Below are positions 35,073-48,122 of a stretch of 64,000 bases of DNA, piece after piece. The DNA lies in NCBI GenBank assembly GCA_026936335.1, contig JAPMXV010000023.1, positions 124,001-188,000 of the forward strand, read 5' to 3'. Each line of letters begins with the position of its first letter. Within the stretch, counting starts at the first letter, position 1. The translations under genes were made by a program, and so were the position numbers. Below the pieces are notes generated by a model, which was given only the letters and a program-made list of their open reading frames with translations, ran no database searches and was not told the origin of the DNA. Source of the stretch: Mantamonas sphyraenae STR306 (Eukaryota > Protista > CRuMs).

Positions 35073-37565
35073 TCACCGTCGCCTGTGGTCTTTCATCCAG
35101 CGGTTCTCATGCGGATAGTCCTCGTCCAGAACCGAACGCTTGCCAATGGTCCAGGGCTCGGCGGTGTGCAGAATGCGCAAACGGCGCCTGTCCTTCGTGA
35201 ACAGCCAGCCGGTGTCGCCCGCGTACGCAAGGTGCTTGGGGGCCACATCCTTGTTGGTGGCATACAGCGACAGGGTTGCCAAACGAGGCAGCATTTCGTT
35301 GTTGTCCATCCACACGAGCGCCGACTCGTCCAGATCGTGCAGGTAGGACAGGTTGAGTTCTTGCAGCTGCACAAAGCCACCCATGCACAGGGAGGACTGC
35401 AAGCCCTCGTTGCTCATCAGCATGCAGCCACTGATGTCCAGCTCGAGCAGACACGGCGAGAACGCAAGCGTGTACAACGTCATTTCGCTCACCATTGTCT
35501 GCGACAGATTGATGGCACAGATGCCCTCAATTGTGGCCAGCTGAGCCACACCCACGTCGGTCAGCTGCGTGCATGCCTTGAGTGACACTTTGCGCAACGG
35601 GGCCTGGTTGACCTCGAGCGCCGCTTCCAGCGTGGCGTCGTCCAAGGTGTCGTTGCCTGCGAGACGCAGCAGTTTCAGCTGGAGGCAGCGGCTGAGGATG
35701 CTGCCCAGCACATTCTGTTGCTGGTTCTGCTGTGCAGACATGGCCAGATCGCACATCGACAGATCCAACTCCTCCAGCTTGGGACACAGCTCGCCGATGC
35801 GGCTGACCGAGGCCGCATCAAAGTAGCGCCCTGCGTGCAGATCCAGTTTCTGCAGACACCAGCCCGTCTTTTCCAGCAGATGCACCAGGCTGGAGCTGCA
35901 CACGGCTACGGCCTCATCCACATCTGTCAGAGGGCTGCACGGCGTCTTGATCCACTTGAGCTTTGACAGCACATGGATCTCCTCTTCCAGCCACGGGTTG
36001 TACCCGAGGCGCTCTTCGAGCTCGGCAAACTGCGGGTCCTTTTCAATGGAAGCCGGAGTCGACTCGTCGTATGCCATCAATGCAGGGGCGCACAGCGACA
36101 GCAGATGGCAGTTTGAGTCTGCAAGGATGTCCAGCACGGACACGTTGCAGAAAGGAGGCAGCACAAGGTGTTGCAGGCGTGACATGTTGCCCAGCTGCGG
36201 CGCAGGCTGGAACAGACCCAGGCATCGGCCAATGTCCAGCCTGCGTACGTTTCTCTTGTTTTCCAGGGCCTTGGTCAGGGTCGGATCGCCCACACCCAGC
36301 GGCGCGATGGCTAGGCGCAGACTGAGCAGCTCCTGGTCCTGGTCCAATGCGTCCAGGAATGTGGGCGACACAAATGACTTTTTCAGATCTGCTGCTGAAA
36401 AGGTGTCGTTGAGGAAGGCAGACACGTTGACGGTCAGACCAAAGTGCTCGAGAGTGGGTGCCACCATCATGGCCGCCTCTGCCACACGTTTCCAATCCTG
36501 CCAGTGGGCCACGTGGTTGATGTCCAGCCAGCGCAGCTTGTGCAAATCACCCAGGTACGTCCAATACTTGCTCAGCATCGCCTCGGTCTCGCCTTCGTCG
36601 CCATGGATGTCCTCAAACGGGAACAGCAGCGTTTCGTCGCCTGCAAACTCCTCCAAATTGCCCAGCGCTGCCTCCCACCCGGTTTCGTCGTCTGCCTTGA
36701 GACCGTATGTGCACTCGCGAAACCTTCCCACATCGTAGCGCGACACGTTTTCGTTCTGCTGCCAACCCAGCTTGCAGACGCGCAAGTGCGGGGTATCTTT
36801 CACCATGTCGACCTTGGAATACACGGCAGAGTGACGCGATTCGTCGAATGACAGTACGGGTGGTTCGTACTCCACGTGCTCGGTCGCCTTCAGGGTGTGC
36901 AGGTTCATGGCAATGATGGAGTTGCGGATGGAGATGCGTCGCAGCGACCGGCCGCGAATGGCCTTGTGAAGCACTTCCCATGAAGCATGTGGCGAGTTGA
37001 CCACATCCAAGCTTTCCAACTCTCGCAGCTGACGGATCATTTCCTTCACCGAGTTGCCCTGGCGCCGGTCAAAGCCACTCAGAGTCAGGTGACGCACGTC
37101 GCGAAAGTTTTCCACCGTCTCCATGATGTAGACGGGCAGGTAGCGAAAGTTGCGCAGCTCGAGCACGCTTACAGTCTTGCTGTCACCTGCACACTCGGTC
37201 ACCCACTGGATTTCGTTCCTGTAGGCGATGGCAGCGAGCAGATTTCGCGTCAACGACTCGACATCGCGTGTGCCTCCGCTCATGGAGCTGTTGTCAAAGC
37301 GCAGGCGACCCCACAGCGTCGACGTCGACGCATCCACAGCCAGTTTCCATTGTGAGCTCACCAGGCGTAGCCGCAGCCAGTCGGGGGTGTCCAGGAACGT
37401 CAGCACACGCTCTGCGAGCTCGGTGGGGATGGTGCCCAGGTCCAGCACAAACTCGTCGTCGTCTTCGTCGTCGTAGTACTCGTCGTCGACGGAGTACTCA
37501 CCCTCCTCCTCCTCCTCGTCGATGCTGTGATCGATTTCCTCAACGGGATCTGGCACTGGTTCCAT
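35073..37565 (-). CDS. F-box/LRR-repeat protein
   Basis: N-terminal LGTIPTELAERVLTFLDTPDWLRLRLVSSQWK; C-terminal cysteine-containing LRRs (CPKLEELDLSMC, LRKVSLKACTQLTD). Confidence 0.8.
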   Translation of the reverse strand: MEPVPDPVEEIDHSIDEEEEEGEYSVDDEYYDDEDDDEFVLDLGTIPTELAERVLTFLDTPDWLRLRLVSSQWKLAVDASTSTLWGRLRFDNSSMSGGTRDVESLTRNLLAAIAYRNEIQWVTECAGDSKTVSVLELRNFRYLPVYIMETVENFRDVRHLTLSGFDRRQGNSVKEMIRQLRELESLDVVNSPHASWEVLHKAIRGRSLRRISIRNSIIAMNLHTLKATEHVEYEPPVLSFDESRHSAVYSKVDMVKDTPHLRVCKLGWQQNENVSRYDVGRFRECTYGLKADDETGWEAALGNLEEFAGDETLLFPFEDIHGDEGETEAMLSKYWTYLGDLHKLRWLDINHVAHWQDWKRVAEAAMMVAPTLEHFGLTVNVSAFLNDTFSAADLKKSFVSPTFLDALDQDQELLSLRLAIAPLGVGDPTLTKALENKRNVRRLDIGRCLGLFQPAPQLGNMSRLQHLVLPPFCNVSVLDILADSNCHLLSLCAPALMAYDESTPASIEKDPQFAELEERLGYNPWLEEEIHVLSKLKWIKTPCSPLTDVDEAVAVCSSSLVHLLEKTGWCLQKLDLHAGRYFDAASVSRIGELCPKLEELDLSMCDLAMSAQQNQQQNVLGSILSRCLQLKLLRLAGNDTLDDATLEAALEVNQAPLRKVSLKACTQLTDVGVAQLATIEGICAINLSQTMVSEMTLYTLAFSPCLLELDISGCMLMSNEGLQSSLCMGGFVQLQELNLSYLHDLDESALVWMDNNEMLPRLATLSLYATNKDVAPKHLAYAGDTGWLFTKDRRRLRILHTAEPWTIGKRSVLDEDYPHENRWMKDHRRR

Positions 37566-37867
37566 GGACGAATCTGGTTTGAGGTGCCAGGGGGGCCGCC
37601 ACTGGAGACAACCCTTTCTCAGAAACACCCGCTTCGGTTTTGGCCAACCAACACCGAACGGACAAGCGCACTTTGCAAACCCAAGAAAGCCTCAAAGACC
37701 TTTACACCCCACCACCCCTTGGCGGCGACACCAACCAACAGCATGGAAGAGAGCAGCGGCAGCAGCGACTCTTCTTCTTCCTCCTCCCACAAGTACCACC
37801 AGCGGAGACACGAGACCTATTGCCCACAGCAGGCAGGATGTTGGGATTTTCACAGGAGCATGCAGGG

Positions 37868-38637
37868 ATGGCACTGCTAACAGGCGGACGGGGCGAGCAA
37901 ACCGAGCCCGAACGGGAGTCGCCGCCGATGCGGAATTCCTCGCAGGAGGCGCAGCTGGACGACGCGTCCACGCACAAGAATCGATACGTGCACTACAGCA
38001 AGCGAAAGTGGAGCGATGCGGAAGACCGGCCGTTTACGCGCAAGGAGGACACGGATCTGGGGTGGCGCAAGCAGCAGCGGACGATGGAGACGGACGACAA
38101 TGCTGAGGTGGCCGGCCGAAAAAAGTTGCCTCTCAGTGCCCAAGCGCTGCAACTGGGCCAGGACGACGCCATGGTGTGCCACAGCACAAGCAGCAGCCGC
38201 GCGAGTGGTGGCACTGGAACTGGCAGTGGTCGAGGTGGTAGCAGTAGCAGTAGCAGTGGTCGTAGGAGCAGCAACGAGATGATGATGGAGGTGGAGGAGG
38301 AGAACGTGGACGAATTGATGGCCCAGCTGCTGGACAGCCTGCACGAAGACGAACGCGTGCAGCTGCACCAACTGGAAGCCATTGGAGACGATGACACGGT
38401 GGCTGAGGGGTCGTTTGGCCATGTGCTTCAACGTACACTGTACAACGAAGCACACCCGGACGGAGTGCGTGTGGCGGTCAAGGTGATGCGTCTGGCAGAC
38501 GAACGCGCACCCACACGCACCGAAGTGCTGCAGTTTGCCAGAGAGGTACACATGCTGCAAAAGGCCCAACACGACCACGTCGTGCGCTTCTACGGGGCAG
38601 GAGCAGAGTGTGAGGAAGATGACGACGGCGACGAGGG

Positions 38638-38679
<42 letters not shown>

Positions 38680-39570
38680 TGACAATGACACACGACATCG
38701 CTGTGGTGGTGGACGTGAGGATTTGGACGACGACGATGATGATGACGGAGCACTGGAGGAGGAGGAGGAGGACGGGGAGGAGGAGGTAGACGAAGGCGAA
38801 CGAGTTACGAAGCGGCGTGGCAGGTACAGTTTGTTTCTGGTGACCGAACTGCTGGAATGTGGCGATCTGAGCATGCCCAGCGGATTGCACAGGGACGGCG
38901 CAGACGGTGCAAGCAATGCAGCAGCAGCAGCAGCAGCAGCAAACGGCACTATCTCCTGGGTCGTGGTGGGCTGATCTGCAGCATCGGCCTGGGTGTCGCC
39001 AACGCCCTCAACTGGCTCCATGAGTTGGGCATGGTGCACCACGACGTCAAGTGCAGCAATGTGCTGCTGGACCGCAACTTTGAACCGAGGCTGTGTGACT
39101 TTGGCCTGGCCAGCATGGCCGAGGAGCATGAGAAGCGCACTGTGGGCGCCGCACGGTACCTGGCACCAGAAATCAAGCGAGGCGAAGCGTTTGACGCAAA
39201 GGTCGACGTGTATGCCTTTGCCCTCATGCTGTGGGAGATGATTGCAGGCAGGCAGGCGTTTGCACAGTACGGCAACGACTCGTTGCGCGAGCTGGCTGCA
39301 CGCGTCGCCGACGTCGAGTCTCCCCTACGCGAGAGCCTGGATGGCTGGCAGTTCCACGACATGCCCGACGACCTGCTCCAGCTCATCCGTGACTGCTGGG
39401 CCGCACGCGGATGCGACAGACCCGCCATGTCCGAGGTTGTCGAACGCCTCGCCGCCATGGATTGCCAACCTGCAACCTCGGAAGACTGCAGCTGGCTTTG
39501 GGACCATCGGTTCATCCGTGACCTCACCGTTAGCACCAGCTACGACGATCTGGCAAACATCATCGAATGA
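37868..39570 (+). CDS. TKL-like protein kinase with large low-complexity inserts; apparent -1 frameshift near 38869
   Basis: AEGSFGHV, VAVKVM, FAREV, HHDVKCSNVLL, DFG, YLAPE, DVYAF, CW...RP; N- and C-lobes lie in different frames. Confidence 0.8.
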
Positions 39571-39693
39571 AGAACAAAATTGATTGCGCGCAAAGCTGCT
39601 GCAACGCGTTCAAACACCAGAAGGTCCATGTTGAGGCGCAAGAGCTGTGGAACGTGTTTCATTCTCCGTGAGAGGACATTCATTCAACACATC

Positions 39694-42600
39694 TCAGTGA
39701 CCCACGTGCAGGTGTGCCGTGGCGTGGTGACGTTGGCCATCCTTGGGCGACGTGCCATGCATGGTGCCCTGCAGGGCGCTGACGGTAGCCAGGTCCGACG
39801 AGGTGCGCTTGCGATTCGACTTGCGTCCTACAGACACGCTGGCCACTGCGCCAAAGCCTCCCATGCCGTCAACAGCAGCTGCGGCTGTGGGCGACTCGCC
39901 ACGCACGCTTTCTTCCCGCTCCTTGTCCAGCTTGAGCAGATCGGTGGCGCCAGAGAATTTGTCCAACTGTTGCAGCTCAAACTCCTTGAACTGCTCCAGG
40001 TCGTTCATCAGCAGGTCACGCGACCAGCGGCGTTGCTTGCGTACGTTGAAGCTCACCTTTGTGTCGCCGTCCTTCTTGGCCTGCTCTTCCTCTTCCTTGG
40101 TCTGCGTGATCTGCAGCATGATGTTCTTGTCCGAGTCGTGCAGGTCGCGCTGCACAAGGAAGATTTCGAGAATGAGGGCCACCACCAAGTTGACCACAAT
40201 CATGACCACAATGATGGTGAAAATGACAAAGAAGTACGACGCGTACGGGTTCGTGGCTTCCATGTGCGCGTACATCACGCCATGCCAATTGCTTGTCGTC
40301 AGCAGCTGGAACAGCACAATGTACGACGAGCCAATGTTGTCAAAGTTAAAGTCCTTGATGGACGAGGCGTACGTGCCCTGCGCAGCTGTGCGGTGCGCAA
40401 TCTTGGCATACGCGCCGCCAAACACCTCCATGCCGATGCCTGCGAAGAAATAGAAAATGATGATGATGAGGAAGCACATGGTGGTGAACGCAGGCACAAT
40501 GCGCACAAACGTGCTGATGAGCACGCGGAAGCGGCGGCCCGTGGCAAACACGCGCAGCGAACGGAAGCCGCGCACGAGCTTGAGCAAGCGGAAGACGACC
40601 ACCAGCCGTGCCGAGCCTGCGCCTTGGCCATTGGTGAGCACAAACGGGAGCACAAACGACACCCAGCTCATGACGACAATGAGGGCGTCAAACTGGTTCC
40701 AGCCGTCGCTGAAGTAACCGTGCAGGCCGAGGGCAATCAGCTTCAGGAACATTTCCAGCGTAAAGAGGCACAGGATGATGAGGTCAAACGTGTCCAGCAC
40801 CGCCTCTTCTTGTGCGCTGATGCCGTACCGGTACAGGCAGAGCACGATGGTGTTTACAAGGATGAGGACAAGCACACCTGTGGTGAAGGCAGAGTGCGTG
40901 GTGATCTTCTGAAACGTGTCGCGATGCAGGTTCTCGTTGCACCACTTGCGCCAAGTGGCCGGGAAGAAGAGGTCGATGTCGGTGAGCTTGGTGAAGCGCA
41001 GGAGCATGAGGTCACAAAACTCAAAGAATTCGAGGACGTCAATGGTGCCGCTGTTGTCCGTGTCCAGGGTCTCGAACAGCAGGCGGATCTGCCGAGGCAA
41101 GATGTCTGGCTTGAGCTTGATCATGAGGCTCTCCCACACCTCGAGGGTGACGTAGCCCTTGCCCTCGTCGAGGGTGTGGAAGGCGGCCATGAGTGCGCGG
41201 CGTTCCTTGACGCGGTCGTGGAGGACCTGACGCTGCATCTGGACCTTGTAGGCGTCGTAAACGACGGCAATGAGCACAGAGAGACCGATGTACAGGCCGA
41301 TGACGATGAAGATGATGAAAAACAGGGAGTAGGCCGGGGACTGGCGATAGGCCGGCACCATGACGCCTGGGTAGTTTTCGGTGGTGATGAGCGCAAACAG
41401 GGCGAGGAGAGCAGAGGGAAAGTCGTCAAAGTTTTCGATGGCGACGCTGCCGTCCGGGTTGCGGTAAACGCCTGCAAAGAGCTGGACGCCGGCGATGGCA
41501 AAGACGATGAGGAGGCCGAGGATGACGCCGGCCATCTCGGCAATGTTGGGCACGGTCTTGACAAAGGTGTTGAGCACGTTGCGCATCTTGTGGTGAAAGA
41601 TGAGGAGGAGCAAGCCGCGGAGCGGGCGTGTGATGTGCACGGTGGCGAAGCCCGAGGCGCCGTAGATGATGGTGTCGATGAGGAGGACGAGGGTAAAGAT
41701 GAGTTGGAAGTAGTTGCGCTTCTTTTTGAAGAAGTACTTGGGCCCCATCTGGTAGAAGTTCATGGCAAAGTCTGTCAGTTCGACGACGATGCAGCACCAT
41801 TCGATGATGTAGGCAATCATCTCGTAGGGAGATGTGTTTGTGGACCGGAGGGCGGAGGAAGGCGACTCGAGGACAATGACACACATGTGGAGGAGGACGG
41901 CCAGGTAGAGGAGTCCGCGCCACTGGTCGCTGAACATAAAGTTGTACACGCGGAGAGGCCACTTGGAGAGACGGTGAGATTTGACGGTACGGCCATTGAT
42001 GGCTTCGTTGATGTAATGTGTGGCACGGTCGAGGCGCTGCTCGGCCGTCTTGGGCTGCGACTTTGTGTGAAGCCAGAAGCCTCCCTTGTCCTTCTTCTTC
42101 TTCATTGGAGTGGCACCATCGAGGGAGCCTGCTGCGTCGGCCATCTCTGCGTCCTTCTTGGCCGAGGTTTCGTCTGGAGGAGGAGTTGTGTCATGTGCAT
42201 GGGGGGGCGGTGGGTTGCACGGGGGAACGAGGGGGCATCAGTGTCAGAAGTGGGTGTGTGTGGGAGCACGGCAGACGGGGGAACGGGGTGAGAGGGACGT
42301 CGAGGGATCGGCAGGCAGGAGGGGTGGACATACGCTGGACAATGAGGCGATCGAGGTCATGGGCACTGGACTTTTTCGAGCCTCGGAGGTACTGGTCGAG
42401 GGCGACGTTGTCGGCCTGCTGGACAATGTTGCCGACAAGGCCGACTGTGGGAGACGGGAGGGATGGACGGGTTGGGTACAGGAGCAGTGTGTGAGCAGAC
42501 TGGATAGGGAGGAAATGGGAGGTGGGCGCTTGACGGGCGGGGAGGAAAAGTGCGCTTTTTCACAAAAACATGCGTCGGCTCACAGGCGTGCAATTTCGGG

Positions 42601-43778
42601 ACGTGTGTGCAAGGGTAGACAGGGAGAGGAGGCAAGGGGAAAAGGGCCAAGGGACGTCAGGGCAGAGGGTGGCCCAGGGACGACATGTGGGAGGTGGCAG
42701 ATGCGCAGGGATGGGAAATGGGAAGCGAAGGAAGCGAAGGCGAGGAGGCGGTTGAGAAATGAAACGGTGGAGTTGGGAAATCCGAGCCAAGAAAGGCAAA
42801 CGGCGGCTCAAGGCAAGGCCAAAGCAAGTTGCGGGCGAGAGGAGGGCACTTACGTCCTTGGAGGGCCATGGCAACCTCGTTCTTGTTGCGGAGAAAGAGG
42901 GGCTGGTGTGGTTCGGCCTGTGTGGAGCCGCCGGAACGTCGCTTGACCTTGTTCATGGCGCCCTTGAGAGCCTTGGTGGCCTTGTTTCCCTTGTTTTCCT
43001 TCTTCTTGTGCTCTTTGCTGAGGTCACCGAGACGCATGACACGATCGAGCTCAGGGTTCTTGCGAGCGGCACTGCCTCCGCGCAAGGAGGACTTCAGTTC
43101 CATGGCCTGTGCGACGGTGCTGTCGGTGCGCTCCAAACTCGCACCGGAAGGGAAGCGCACATTGCGCGCCGACTTGCGGCGTACAGGTTGTGGCACGGCA
43201 GCATCGGTGGCCTTTGTGGCAGATGCGTCGCCCTCAGCTGCGTCTGTGTCCATATTGTCGTCGCCCTGCGGCTCGTTCGAGTCGGCGTGGGGTCCTGCGA
43301 GGATTCCGGGATTTGCCTCCCGCTCGTCTTTGTCTTCTTCAGCGTCGGCTTCGTCGTCCTCCTCCTCTTCCTGCTGTGCTGCCTGATGGCCACTGAGCTG
43401 GTTATCGCTGTCGTTGCTGCCGTCGCTATCGTCGTCGTCGTCGTCGTCGTCGTCGTCTTCGTCGGCGAGCTGTTGCTCCTCGACTCCGTCGTCGACGGCC
43501 GGTGTCTGCGACTGGTCGTCGCTCTCAGCGTCAACACCGGTGTCTGCAGCGTCGCTGGCGTCTGCTGCGTCTGCGGCTTGCATTTGCATAGCCACTGCGT
43601 CGGTGTTGGTGTTGGTTGTGTCTTCCAAAGCAATCTCTTCGGCGTCGATGCTGGCGTTGCTCGTGCGCGAGCCGCGGCGATTGAGCGCGCCACGCAGACC
43701 CTGGCTACCGTGGCGAACGGCAGACTGGGCTTTACGGATGACGGCTGTCTTTTCCGGAGTACTTCCTGTGTCAGACAT
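39694..43778 (-). CDS. TPCN: Two-pore cation channel (TPC) with EF-hand linker and long acidic N-terminus; exons 43778-42854, 42444-42334, 42173-39694
   Basis: Two 6TM repeats; pore loops LITTENYP and LLTTSNW; S4 RLLKLVRGFRSLR; EF loop DTDNSGTIDVLE; exons join in phase 1. Confidence 0.88.
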
Positions 43779-43895
43779 TCCAGTCGGTGTCGGTGTTTGT
43801 CTGCGGTGGTGGGTGGAAGGTTGGGTGGCGGCGCGCCACCACCCACCAACGCAAACCGAAAACGTGTTGGCCACCCGCGGAGCACAGGCGCCAAG

Positions 43896-44995
43896 ATGAA
43901 CATTGTGGAGTTTGAAAAGGAGAACAACGCACTGCTGACGTATCTCAAGTACCAAACGGAGGATTTGCTTGTGTGGAGGGCGATCGTGCGGCACAGGCCT
44001 GCGATCCTTGTGCCTCACTCGGCCGAGATGGACAAGGTGTTGCCACTGACCAAGGCATTTGCACGCAACCACGTGGCGCTGATGTCAGACGACGTCTCTG
44101 GAAGCGAGCAGGACGAAGAAGCCTGGGCTGTGCATCGGCGCTTTGTGACGCTGTCCGGGTTGTCAGGCCTGGTGTTCCCCAAGGACAACCGGTTGACCGT
44201 GCTGCAGGCGCCTTCGGGCATTACGTCGCCCTCGCTGTCGCGTCTCAAGACACTGGTGCATTCGGGTGAGTGGGGCGAGAGCGAGGCGTGGTGGGAGAGG
44301 GCATCCGCCACGGGGCGTGTACGCAAAGCAAGGATGCTGACTCACAAACGGACACATGGACACCACCGGTGAAATCACACCTCGATGACGCATGGCATGT
44401 GTGTGCGCCGTCTGTGTGTGGCCAACCAGATCCCGTGTTTCGGATGTGGGAGCAGCTGAAGGACAAGGCTGCGGCTGCGGCGGCGCTCCACTCGCCGTAT
44501 GTGATGCGAGAGGCGGAAGTGGAAGTGACGGTGCCGGAAATGATTGCAAACGACCTGCAGATGGACGAGGAGGAGGAGAGGGTGTACACCCTGCCGCTGT
44601 ATCTGATCTCTGCAGTGGTCAAGTGCGACACGGGCCTGGAGGACGTTGTGGAGAGCAGCGAGGGCAGCGGGAGCAGTGCCGGAGGGGTCAGTGGCACCAA
44701 AGACGATGAGAAAGTGCGCACACGGGACGACTCTGCGCTGGCTGGGGGCAGCGGACGTGGGGCGAGTGCAGCGAGGGCGGCTGTGGCGGAGCAGCAGCGC
44801 GGCCTGGCGAAGCGAAGCGTGTCCCTAAGCGCAGCACAGGGCAAAGAGAAATTGCGCAAGGAGAACAATTTGCAGATGGCAGTGGAGGAGAGCAGGTCGG
44901 CAACAAGCAAGGGTGGCTCGTCGTTCTTCTCGTCCTTGCAAGTGAAGGAACCGCACGTCGGAGGCACAGACGAGGAGGTTCAGGTGACAGCCGAG

Positions 44996-45032
<37 letters not shown>

Positions 45033-46285
45033 GTGGCGATGGAAGTGGAGGAGGAGGAAGCAGTGGCAGCGGAAACACACGGACACGCAAGGCAAGCGAT
45101 GCAGTGGCAGCGGAAGAGGTGGAACAAGAATCGCCAAGCAAAGAGGGCAAAACGACGACCACGGGCTCCATCAGCTTCCAGAGCTTTCTGTCCAAGATGA
45201 AGAACGCAGCCGCAAGAGATGTGGTGATTTCGCTGAAGCAGTTTATTCAGCGGTTTCGGCTGCTGCCCGAGACACTGAGCAGCGACGAGCTCGCGGCAGA
45301 GCTGACTGGGTTTATCGAAACGACGATGGAGGAGCTTGTGGAACACCCGCTGTGGCGTAATGCAAGCGAGCTGGAGATGGAAAACACGCTGGAGGGCCTG
45401 GAGAAGTATCTGCTGACAAAGGTGTACAACCGTGCGTTTGCGCCACGCGGAGAGACAGACCACGAGAGGGACTGGGAAGTGAGCATGCACCTACGCTGCC
45501 TGCAGTTTGTGGGGCCCAAGCAGCTGGACGTGGAGGGGGAGCTCGTGAAGAACGAAAACTTTGAGCTGGCAAAAGGAGAGTTGCAGAAGATCAATTCGTT
45601 CAAGGCGCCCCTGGACAAACTGATCTGCATTTTGAACACATGCCGGCTGATTGGTCGCATTTTGGACGCACACAAGGAAGGGGCAGGGGCGGACGAGTTT
45701 CTGCCGCTGCTGGTGCTTGTGATTCTGCAAGCGAACCCGCCGCACCTGGTATCGAACCTGGAGTATGTGAGTGCGTTTAGGAATAGCGGAGGCATGGCGG
45801 GCGAGACGATGTACTATTACACACAGGTGTGGAGTGCAGTGCAGTACCTGCGGGATCTGAAAGGGGCCAAGCAGTTGAGTGGAATGGAGCAGGAGGAGTT
45901 TGACAGGCTGTACCAGGGCAACCAAAAGCGTCTGGAGGCCGAAATGGGCGGAGAGAGTGTAGACGACGAGCACACAGGGCAGTGGGAGGTGGTGTCGAGC
46001 AGTGTGCGGCCCACCGGAGTCGGAGAGGCGGGAATGAGCACACCGACACATGGGATGGGCAACAGCAGCGCCTTGGGTGGCTTGGGAGGCAGCAACGTAA
46101 CGCCGGCCAAGAGCGAACTGGTGCAGGAGCTGGTGCAGCCGGACGATCGCTTTCTGCAGATGGATTTCGACCAGCTGACCATGGCAGACGTGAAGGAGCT
46201 TTTGGAGAAGTATCAGAGGTTGGTGCATGAGCGTGATGTGTTGCGTCTGTTGGTGGGGCAGCTGAAGGAGCAATTGGGACAATGA
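43896..46285 (+). CDS. VPS9-domain Rab5-family GEF (Rabex-5/VPS9a-like); intron 44266-44429
   Basis: EGLEKYLLTKVY, ELQKINSFKAPLDKLICILN, GADEFLP, ANPPHLVSN, GETMYY. Confidence 0.85.
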
Positions 46286-46325
46286 GCGGCGAGTCTGCCA
46301 ACAAAAAGAAACATCCGTGCAGAGA

Positions 46326-47641
46326 ATGAGTGAGACGTTGAGCCTGGCGGATGCACACGTGCTTGGTTTTGACATGGATCACACGATCATCCGGTACAAT
46401 GTGGAGTTGCTGGAGTCGATTGTGCACGAGTCGACGTGGGACTTTTTGGAGAAGGAGATCGGGCTGCCGGACGGCGTGACCCGAAGCGAATATGTCCACA
46501 ACTCGACGACGCGGGGTGTGCTGGTGGACATGGAGAACGGATGGATGCTGCAGATTGGCAAGGATGGCCAGATTCTGCAGGCTCGGCAGGGCCGGGAAAT
46601 GCAGCCGGAAGAAATTGCCGCGGCGTACGGAGAGGAGATGCGCATTGAGTACGACGCGTTGGCAAGCACAAACACAGATCGTTTCCATGCGTGTCACAGC
46701 TACTTTGAGCTGCCCATGCTGGCCATCTTTGGCGAACTGGCGAGCGTGTTTGAAGAGTACAGCGGCTGGGCATGGAGCGACTACAAGGGACTGTACGACA
46801 CCATCATCAGCAGCTTTGACTTTAACTTTGGAAGCATGACTCGTGGGGTGTTCTTTCCGCGTGTGATGAAGGAGCTGGACCAGCTGATCTACAAGCGGCC
46901 GTCAGTGCGCACATGGCTGGAGAAGCTGCACACAGAAGGCAAGGTGGTCGTGTTGGCGACCAACAGCAAGGCAGACTACACGAATTTGCTGATGACACAT
47001 GCGTATGGGGAGGACTGGCGGTCGTTGTTCGACGTGGTGCTGTGCCGCTGCGGCAAGCCGCGATTCTTCACAGAGAAGCGAGACTTTGTGGAGGTGTTGG
47101 ACATGGACAATGCTGAGTATGGAGAGACGACGACGACCCTGGAGGTGGGCAAGGTGTATGAAAACGGCACGCAGAGGCAATGATTGCGAGCATCGAGGCG
47201 TGGGGCACGTGGGAGATTGGATCGACGGCAAAGGAGGCAAGGTGGACACGTGCGGACAATGACGAGGTGCTCAAGGTGGTCTACTTTGGTGACCACGTGA
47301 TTGCGGACGTGGTGTCCAGCAAACTGCACTGCGACTGGCACACGGTGGCCATTGTGGAGGAGCTGAACGACGTGGAGGAGACAATGGACAGCGAGGGCAA
47401 CATGGTGGACGGCAAGGGGACGACAGCAACACGATACGGCGACTGGGGCCATTTCCTGCTCGGCAACAAGGACGACGACGTATTGTCGTACTGGGCACAT
47501 GTGGTGTGTGACAACGCGTCCACGGTGACTCCGTGTCTCAGCCATCTGGTAGAACTGGAGCTGGACTATGAGCACCAGCCACTGGCTGTGCAGCTGCAGG
47601 AGAAGATGGGAGTGGAGATTCCGTCCTCGGTGGACAATTGA
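46326..47641 (+). CDS. HAD-superfamily 5'-nucleotidase (NT5DC/cN-II family); apparent -1 frameshift at ~47169
   Basis: GFDMDHTI, LATNS, WRSLFDVV, KPRFF, VYFGDH..AD, WHTVAIVEEL; adding one A gives YENGNAEAM. Confidence 0.85.
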
Positions 47642-47646
47642 AGCGT

Positions 47647-48058
47647 TCATTTCAACAGCTTGCTCCACTTGGAATGTTTGGAGATGTAGTGTGCGACGTA
47701 GGAGCATGTGGGCACGACGGCAATGGAGTTTGTTTCGGCGTGGTTGAGGGCCGCTTCCACAAGGAGGCCAGCAATCCCTTGGCCTCGGGCAGCAGCAGGG
47801 GTCTGTGGATGCAAGGACAAAGCGAGAGTGTGTGAGAACAACAGGAATAATGATGGGGGTGGTGAGTCGAGTGGGTGACAAATGCACGTACGACGTGTGG
47901 AGCATGTCATAGACGTCGCCTCCTGGCGACTCCTGGAAGGAAAGCTCCGCTTCGCCATTCTCGCCAAGATCGATGAAGAAGCGGCCATAGCCGTCCTTGG
48001 GAGGTTCCAACACAACGTCGTCGATGGTGAACCCTTTCTTTTCTTCTTCGGTGGACAT
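47647..48058 (-). CDS. YjdJ/NATD1-type small GNAT acetyltransferase, one intron
   Basis: DMLHT...PAAARGQGIAGLLV...VVPTCSYV. Confidence 0.75.
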
Positions 48059-48122
48059 GGGGATTGTGGTGGGCTGGCTTTCGCATTGTATTTTGCAAAT
48101 GCAACAGTATGTAGGCGGATCC

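Noticed and set aside
14990-45030. (CAG/AGC)n and (GAC)n runs at about 15020, 27220, 38640, 43430 and 45000
   Set aside because: Coding trinucleotide repeats giving poly-Ser/Asp linkers; not CRISPR or satellite arrays
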